IMG/VR virus record: IMGVR_UViG_3300028624_000003
Coordinates: 64,001-128,000 of that record
Source: a virus
Taxonomy: Duplodnaviria > Caudoviricetes
Strand: one strand, 5' to 3'
DNA: 64,000 nucleotides
Numbering within the stretch: position 1 is the first letter of the stretch; each line of letters starts with the position of its first letter. Shown one piece after another: positions 57,804 through 64,000 of this stretch. The translations under genes were made by a program, and so were the position numbers. The notes below the pieces were generated by a model that saw nothing but the letters and a program-made list of their open reading frames with translations, had not been told where the DNA came from and did no database searches.

Positions 57804-58438
57804 GTACTCCCAAAAATATGAGCCCAGAAATGATGGCAAAGATGGAACAATTCGTAGAAGGGCTGGATCAGCTTGAGTCTATGAAATCCAAAGTGTACCT
57901 CAGTGAATTTCGCAGGTATGCTCCTCTGTTCCGGAAGATTGAAGATATCAAAGATATCGGAGAAGAAGAAAAGCGAGTACTGCAACAACTCTCGTACGAG
58001 TATGAGCAGCGATTCGATTACTACCAGTGCATTACCGTTTTCAAAGACGGTCATCCCATGGATTCTTCCAATCAGGACAACATCGCGTTCATCGTCCCTC
58101 CTGCAAGAATGAATACCGAAGTCATCATGAATGACGAAGCTTCCAGTCTGGAATATCTGCACATCCAGAAAGAACACGAAACGAAGCAGGAAATAGACAC
58201 TGCATACGGTCTACTTAGCCGGGATTTCGTTCAGACCCAGAACAAGTCCATTTCTGGTCAAAAACTGGCATTGGTCAGACTGGGTGTGCTTCAGCTAGGT
58301 ACTGACATGCTCCGCAAAACCAACCCTGAATTTGCCGCTGCTTTGGCAAAGGCGAAAGCAGGATCTGCAGAAGCTACAGTATCTGACGATACTCCTGTAC
58401 TTTCCGAACCACTCGGTGAAGTGGAGGATGACGACTAA
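57800..58438 (+). CDS. Hypothetical protein
   Basis: ATGA overlap with upstream gene. Confidence 0.7.
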   Translation: MSTPKNMSPEMMAKMEQFVEGLDQLESMKSKVYLSEFRRYAPLFRKIEDIKDIGEEEKRVLQQLSYEYEQRFDYYQCITVFKDGHPMDSSNQDNIAFIVPPARMNTEVIMNDEASSLEYLHIQKEHETKQEIDTAYGLLSRDFVQTQNKSISGQKLALVRLGVLQLGTDMLRKTNPEFAAALAKAKAGSAEATVSDDTPVLSEPLGEVEDDD

Positions 58439-58440
58439 TC

Positions 58441-59577
58441 ATGAAAGTGATCGTTCTTGCTGACTTACATCTAGGTCATGCCAGAGTACTGGCAGAAAAG
58501 ATCCGAATGGATTTGAAGCAAGTGCATGAGAGATTACACGAAGTCGATCTACTCATAATCGCAGGTGACGTATGGGACAAACTTCTTCTTATTGACAATC
58601 GACAGACACAAGAAGCACTGAGTGCTATTATCGAGCTGTTGCAAGTTGCCAAGGAGAATAATGTCGCAGTGCGGATCATTCGTGGTACATGGACACACGA
58701 CAGGAATCAATTGGTAGTTCTGGAAACTATCAATGATACTGGCAAAGACTTGCGAGCAGACCTAAGATGTATCAGTCAAGTATCGATCGAGTATCTCGAT
58801 GATCTTGACCTCAGGTTACTTTATCTGCCTGATACTGACAATCTACCTTACAAAGATAGCGATGAGCTGATGAGGGTAGTGCACGAGTTGTTAGATTCTG
58901 CAGGTTGGGATTACGTAGATCTGGTAATCGGTCATGGATATTTCGACCATGTATTTCCTCCGATGGCAAAAACTGCGAATACGTTTCTCCTTCGCTCAAA
59001 TCAGTTTAAAGGGTGGGTGCGGGGCTCTGTCCTCATGGGGCATGTTCACACTCATTCAACGAAAGAAAACGTCACATACGTAGGCAGTTTTGACCGGTTA
59101 AATCATGGTGAAGAAGAATCGAAAGGTTTTCTGGAGCTTGAGCGAATAGACGGGAAATGGACGAAAACATTTATCGTCAACAAAGATGCAACAAAGTTCG
59201 TTACCATATATCCGACAGCAGCCGAAACTACAGTAGACGCACTGTTGGAGAATGTGTACGAGCAGCTAGACCATAAGTTTGGCAGTGCTGTTAACGGACA
59301 CCTTCGTATCGCTCTGGATGACCCCGATCTGCGGCAGATGATCATCCACTGCTTGCAGCAAAAATTCGGTTCTGATCTCGTAGTCACTGGAATAACGACA
59401 AAGAAAGACAGTAAGCCTAAACTGCAGATAAAAACCGGGTATGAACTTGGTGCAGGTATGACTGAGCTACGAGTGAGTGAAGAAAACTTACCAGAGCACG
59501 CATTCCTTCATCTTCAAGAGATGCACGGTACATCACCACTGAGCATTGAAAAATTGCGCGAGCTTCTAGGCGAATAG
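58441..59577 (+). CDS. sbcD: SbcD/Mre11-like metallophosphoesterase nuclease
   Basis: DLHLG, AGDVWD, GTWTHD, GHG, GHVH, GSFDR motifs. Confidence 0.88.
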   Translation: MKVIVLADLHLGHARVLAEKIRMDLKQVHERLHEVDLLIIAGDVWDKLLLIDNRQTQEALSAIIELLQVAKENNVAVRIIRGTWTHDRNQLVVLETINDTGKDLRADLRCISQVSIEYLDDLDLRLLYLPDTDNLPYKDSDELMRVVHELLDSAGWDYVDLVIGHGYFDHVFPPMAKTANTFLLRSNQFKGWVRGSVLMGHVHTHSTKENVTYVGSFDRLNHGEEESKGFLELERIDGKWTKTFIVNKDATKFVTIYPTAAETTVDALLENVYEQLDHKFGSAVNGHLRIALDDPDLRQMIIHCLQQKFGSDLVVTGITTKKDSKPKLQIKTGYELGAGMTELRVSEENLPEHAFLHLQEMHGTSPLSIEKLRELLGE

Positions 59578-59579
59578 GA

Positions 59580-60473
59580 GTGGGTATGTTCATATCTACC
59601 GAACAAGCCGAAATCCGTGGTATGGGTACGTACAAGATACTCGAAATGTTATCTGGTATGTCCAACAAACGGGTACCTACGTGGGATGTGATGTTAGTCA
59701 ATGTACTGACACTCATCAGAAATAATCTGGGTAAAAATACCAGAGACGATGAAGTAGCCAAATGGACCTACGACGACATTGACAACATCGTGAGCGCATA
59801 CGCTAATCACAATGCCAATCAGTCAAAGCCTGCAGATCACCCGCACTTCGTAGTTTATTTTCCGAATTATGAAGCTCTTCCTATGTTGCACAGACGTAAA
59901 CCGAACGCTACAACTGTTCGGCTTTACAAGATCATGGAAGAGATAATCAAAAAGCATCATCCTAGGACTATCAAAGGTCCGCAAAAAGATCAGTCGGTTA
60001 GTGGGGTAGAGTGTTACGTCACGCATGCAGGTGATAAGTACACTTACCCTCATCAGGTTCTATCGACGTTCATCATGAAAACTCTGCAGCAACAAAGACT
60101 GAGCATCTCTCGTTTGTTCGGTGTAGTTGACTGCAGGGTCGGAATGATCAGCCACTGTCCGATTGATCTCCACATGTCGAGATACTTGAAAAAGTTCTCG
60201 CTTATCGAAAGTTTCACTGGAGAAGTAAAGTCACTGGATTCGTTCGGAACAAAGATCTTCAAGAAAGATTTTCTTCCGTTCAATTCAGTGACTCATTTGC
60301 TGTTTGGTGATTCGGTTCAGATAGAACCAATGGCAAAAAACAAAACTAAGGCGTTACTACTCGAACGGGCACAACAGCATCGTTGGATTAGCCGTTCCGA
60401 GGCCTCTATAATCGACGATGTGGTGGTATCTGGGCTGATCCCCAAGCCGCTACTAACTACCGTCAAATTTTAA
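59580..60473 (+). CDS. Hypothetical protein, possible degenerate PIN/FEN-like fold
   Basis: 297 aa, aggag RBS; VNVLTLIRN and LLFGDS motifs. Confidence 0.6.
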   Translation: MGMFISTEQAEIRGMGTYKILEMLSGMSNKRVPTWDVMLVNVLTLIRNNLGKNTRDDEVAKWTYDDIDNIVSAYANHNANQSKPADHPHFVVYFPNYEALPMLHRRKPNATTVRLYKIMEEIIKKHHPRTIKGPQKDQSVSGVECYVTHAGDKYTYPHQVLSTFIMKTLQQQRLSISRLFGVVDCRVGMISHCPIDLHMSRYLKKFSLIESFTGEVKSLDSFGTKIFKKDFLPFNSVTHLLFGDSVQIEPMAKNKTKALLLERAQQHRWISRSEASIIDDVVVSGLIPKPLLTTVKF

Positions 60474-60483
60474 GGAGAACTTC

Positions 60484-61083
60484 ATGTCTGACGATTTCAA
60501 TCCCGGTGGTATGCGGAAGCTGAAGAGTGCCAGTGGTCAGACTCAACTTGACTTCGGTGCATTCAACGGTAAGGGTACCATTACCATCTTCAGTGGTCAG
60601 GGTATCCGTCCGAAGAATCTCACGATTCCTCCCGAAGGACGTCTCATGCTGGTGGACATGTTCACCGCAGCACAGAAAGGTGCACCTGGTGCACGCAGCT
60701 CTCTCACTCTCAGCGAGTGGGATCGAAACATGCAGCCCCGCCCTGGCTACAAGCGTGTGGCCAACATCGTCGTTGGTCTCGATGATACCGGTATCGGCTA
60801 CATCGAAGTCACATTCGAAGGAAGTGCTCCTGAAACATACCCGATCAAGGGTACACGTGCTGTCGAAAGTTCGCTCCACGAAAACACCCCGGTCGAACTC
60901 AGCAAGCGTGCACTTCGTGAACTTACGAAGTGGCTGTCTCTTAGCTGGGAGATGATCATCATCAAGACGAACAAGAAGAATACTCGTCCTGGTGGAGCAC
61001 GTCCTCAAGCTGCCGCATCGCAAGCTGCGCCTGCTCAGCCCTCGATGCCCAGTCCTGCGAATATCGACGAAGAGATCTACTAG
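60484..61083 (+). CDS. Hypothetical protein, possibly ssDNA-binding
   Basis: Beta-rich core, P/A/Q linker, acidic tip NIDEEIY. Confidence 0.55.
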   Translation: MSDDFNPGGMRKLKSASGQTQLDFGAFNGKGTITIFSGQGIRPKNLTIPPEGRLMLVDMFTAAQKGAPGARSSLTLSEWDRNMQPRPGYKRVANIVVGLDDTGIGYIEVTFEGSAPETYPIKGTRAVESSLHENTPVELSKRALRELTKWLSLSWEMIIIKTNKKNTRPGGARPQAAASQAAPAQPSMPSPANIDEEIY

Positions 61084-61094
61084 CTCACCGATTC

Positions 61095-61123
61095 GAGAGA
61101 GACTCCTTCACGGAGTCTCTCTC
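61095..61123 (+). terminator. Hairpin
   Basis: gagagagactcc / ggagtctctctc. Confidence 0.6.
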
Positions 61124-61139
61124 ATCGTTAGTTAAGATA

Positions 61140-61155
61140 TATATTACTAAAGTGA
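61140..61155 (+). promoter_or_regulatory. Putative early promoter
   Basis: tatattac-taaag-tga. Confidence 0.7.
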
Positions 61156-61234
61156 ATCCGTGTAATTTCAGAAAAGGTAACCTTATCATCTAAGGTAAAC
61201 TCCGTCTCATTGAGGGACGTGGTAGATGTGAGGA

Positions 61235-62827
61235 GTGGACATGCTGTACTTCAAGCCGGTTGAGGAATTTAGCTCACAGAACCCTTTCATCGAAATGGTG
61301 TATTCGGGATTTGAAATACCCGGGGCCAGTTCGATCCCACATCTCTTCAGATTCAACGTCAAGACATTCTCGTCGTTCTTTACACGTCAGAATGATCGTG
61401 GTCTTACCGGGGAACTAGGTACTCCCCCATCTGTCGCGTACGATCCAGTGAATCAGTTTCTTACGTTGTTCACAGATGAAGAACAGAAAGAAATCGCCAT
61501 GGCGTTTCTGTCTGCTCATGCAATCATCGTGAGCGGAGAAGATGATGCGTCTGATATCGAACAGGTAGAAGACAAAATCGGTGATCTTCTCGATGCGCTC
61601 GACCTTAAGCTGAACATATGCAAACGCACTGAAGAATACGTAGCTAAGTACATCCGGGTAGCTGGAATGGAAGAGGCAGGTACTCAACCTCAGCACACAC
61701 CTGAGATGACGTTCTACCATGATGAAGCAGTAGTCGTGACAGCGATAGCTGTATTCATGAAACTCATTTCTCCGATTACTGGCGCATTTATCCATAAGTA
61801 CTCCAAGGTCATTGCTAATGAGTACAAGGAATCTCACGCCAGAGCCATTCTGGTCAAGCTGCACAGCAGAACGTACAAACCTCTGCTGCTCAAGCTGAAC
61901 AACTACATGACCAAACTGGTCAGCAGCCATCACAAAGATGACCCTACTGCCATGTACAATGGCAATACCCTGACCAGCGCAGCACGTCATGCTGTCGATA
62001 CTGCAGTAGTCAAAAGACTTGTGTGTGTCTCTCTTCACAAAGAAGACGGGAACATCATTAAGTATCTGGCATGTTGCGGAACAGGTACGGCAGATTCTCA
62101 GCAAAAGAACATGGCCGCAAATTCGGCAGCAAAGATCATCGCAGACCCTGTCGACAACGACCGTGACGAAGGTAATACTTCGCGTATGGAATCCGAGTCG
62201 AGGTACACTGCAAAGACTGCGGATACTCCGATAATCATCGCAGTGTATGCTGACAGAACTTGGCGAAAATGCGCAGAGCAAGAAGGAATAGACCCCGAAG
62301 AGCTTGAGCTGGCTCGTGCGTACTATAGCGCAAATCCTGTTATGGTACACGACATCACTTTGTACTTGCTTTGCATGTATTACGGTGAACACATCGGTGG
62401 AGGAAGTGGTATTCGGATGCTCAAGTCGAGTATCATCAATGACATGGTCGCGACACTACAGCTCATTCTGGTGAAGGAAAATCGGCACGTACTGGCACAT
62501 GCGATCACTGCAAATCTCACTGAGCATCCTCGCACCATTCAGCCCAATGACTCGCTGTTCCACAACATGTGGACAAGCTGTGCAGAATACGCAGCATGTA
62601 AGCGAGTCCTTCCTCCTGGATTTGGTGATCGTGAGTGGAACTCGATGCTACGGAAGATTGCCAACATGCTAATGACCAGAACTATGCTTTACAACACCGC
62701 TCCTGTGGTGTGGGACAAAACGGATCCATTGGGAAAGAATGGCGTACCGCTCACTGAATTTGCTAGCATCATGCAGCACATCATGCAGTATGTCAAATCC
62801 ACCTACGAGAGAGGAAAAATCGAATGA
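61235..62827 (+). CDS. Probable nvRNAP promoter-specificity subunit (phiKZ gp68-like)
   Basis: About 530 aa helical protein three genes after sbcD as in phiKZ; TPEMTFYHDE and EGNTSRMES motifs; mainly synteny. Confidence 0.6.
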   Translation: MDMLYFKPVEEFSSQNPFIEMVYSGFEIPGASSIPHLFRFNVKTFSSFFTRQNDRGLTGELGTPPSVAYDPVNQFLTLFTDEEQKEIAMAFLSAHAIIVSGEDDASDIEQVEDKIGDLLDALDLKLNICKRTEEYVAKYIRVAGMEEAGTQPQHTPEMTFYHDEAVVVTAIAVFMKLISPITGAFIHKYSKVIANEYKESHARAILVKLHSRTYKPLLLKLNNYMTKLVSSHHKDDPTAMYNGNTLTSAARHAVDTAVVKRLVCVSLHKEDGNIIKYLACCGTGTADSQQKNMAANSAAKIIADPVDNDRDEGNTSRMESESRYTAKTADTPIIIAVYADRTWRKCAEQEGIDPEELELARAYYSANPVMVHDITLYLLCMYYGEHIGGGSGIRMLKSSIINDMVATLQLILVKENRHVLAHAITANLTEHPRTIQPNDSLFHNMWTSCAEYAACKRVLPPGFGDREWNSMLRKIANMLMTRTMLYNTAPVVWDKTDPLGKNGVPLTEFASIMQHIMQYVKSTYERGKIE

Positions 62828-64000
62828 TACTAGTGAAGAAAACGCCAGTATTTTTCGAAGGTGAGCTTGTCATCGATACGTACGCACATCGGTGGCATCA
62901 GTTCTCGCATAGCAACGAAGTCGACATGATCATAGGGACTCAGTTCGCTACGTCACGAGATCTCGAAAAGATTTCTCTATTGTACCGCACTCGCGAAGAT
63001 TTTATTCGCCATCTCCTTATATCGGATACACACGAAACAGGTCCGAATAAGAAGATGTTCCCTATTCTGACGATAGTCAATCCATTGAAGAATTTCACAT
63101 CCAGATGTGCAGCGTTCCTCAATGTAAACGGGATCAATGCTGCGCACCGTGAATTTTCCAGTACGTGGGGTGGCGGTCGACTAGTTCCTCAGATAGAGTT
63201 CATGTATAGTGCGATTGCAAATGCGCTCATGGACACTTACCCTCTTTTGGTAATCGAACCATATCCTTCGGGAATGCCGATACTGGAAGATAGAGCTGCG
63301 TGTTCTACGATCCATCCTGGAACGGAAGTAGAAATCCGTGACTACATCATTGGGGGAATGCTCCGCAACGATGTGTTCTCGCAAGATGCAGACATGGAAG
63401 GATTGATGGATGTCGCAGTCACGGTACCTAAAGAGTACGACCATGACGTACTGTTTCAGCTCTGTTCTGCAATAGACACCATTACCGCCGGAGAATTCGA
63501 CAAGAAGTTTCAGGGTGAACTCATCGTTAACACGGTGAAACATCCGTTAGAAGAACTGATGGAACAACGAAAGCAACAGTCTTCGTTTACCTCCAGTAAC
63601 ATATCGGAATACCCGGGGATGATCGAGATTTATGATTACATCATCCATTCTGGGTTGACTGAAGTACTGCTCTCTTTTTCTTTCAGAAATTTCGAATGGA
63701 GCGAGAATAAAGAGAAACGTATCTTAGCTAATTCACGCGTCGATACTGAGCTAACCGAAACGGAGCTGGAAATGCATTTGGGTAATCTCGGTCAGCTCAT
63801 TACTGATAACGAGGTGCTCGAAGGTACACTGGAAGATATCATATTCGAGGTGTACTCGGACGAAGTGGACGCAGGAGCTGCGGCACTGGAAATCGCTGGA
63901 GCTGAGCTACTCGTTGCAAATGACGAGATGATTCTTTCTGTGCATACAGACATCGCACCGTACTCGATTCACGTCGACTTCGCGATGGTTGCATTGACTT
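62824..64000 (+). CDS. 3'-truncated hypothetical protein (not in ORF track)
   Basis: ATGA overlap at 62824; MILVKKTPVFF... frame open to window end. Confidence 0.75.
   Translation, partial: MILVKKTPVFFEGELVIDTYAHRWHQFSHSNEVDMIIGTQFATSRDLEKISLLYRTREDFIRHLLISDTHETGPNKKMFPILTIVNPLKNFTSRCAAFLNVNGINAAHREFSSTWGGGRLVPQIEFMYSAIANALMDTYPLLVIEPYPSGMPILEDRAACSTIHPGTEVEIRDYIIGGMLRNDVFSQDADMEGLMDVAVTVPKEYDHDVLFQLCSAIDTITAGEFDKKFQGELIVNTVKHPLEELMEQRKQQSSFTSSNISEYPGMIEIYDYIIHSGLTEVLLSFSFRNFEWSENKEKRILANSRVDTELTETELEMHLGNLGQLITDNEVLEGTLEDIIFEVYSDEVDAGAAALEIAGAELLVANDEMILSVHTDIAPYSIHVDFAMVALT

Noticed and set aside
62824-64000. PicA/Imp1 (phiKZ gp69) by position
   Set aside because: Synteny fits, but I cannot recognise the sequence; left hypothetical
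1-64000. Stop-codon reassignment
   Set aside because: TAG, TGA and TAA all end well-formed genes; coding density is normal under the standard code

Overview
64-kb segment of a phiKZ-like, probably nucleus-forming jumbo phage (Chimalliviridae-like). It carries a major capsid protein, DnaB-like helicase, one piece of a split family-B DNA polymerase, RuvC, UvsX/RecA, SbcC and SbcD, dCMP deaminase, a dATP/dGTP diphosphohydrolase-like protein, a macrodomain, a probable chimallin, two probable non-virion RNA polymerase (nvRNAP) subunits and many tail-fibre/virion genes. Main finding: the catalytic NADFDGD motif of the nvRNAP beta'-like subunit is split into NA | DFD | GD by two back-to-back group I introns (51638-52573, 52583-53540). 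Each encodes an HNH endonuclease, and they are separated by a 9-nt micro-exon (52574-52582). Other points: a fibre-tip protein with a thrombospondin type-1 repeat; a temperate-phage-type fibre plus chaperone cassette; a LigA-like protein lacking the adenylation domain; His-repeat fibre genes sharing identical DNA in inverted orientation; a ten-copy early promoter motif TAYATYAY-N5-TGA; and a family of long intergenic hairpins. All calls come from reading motifs and synteny by eye; no searches were run.
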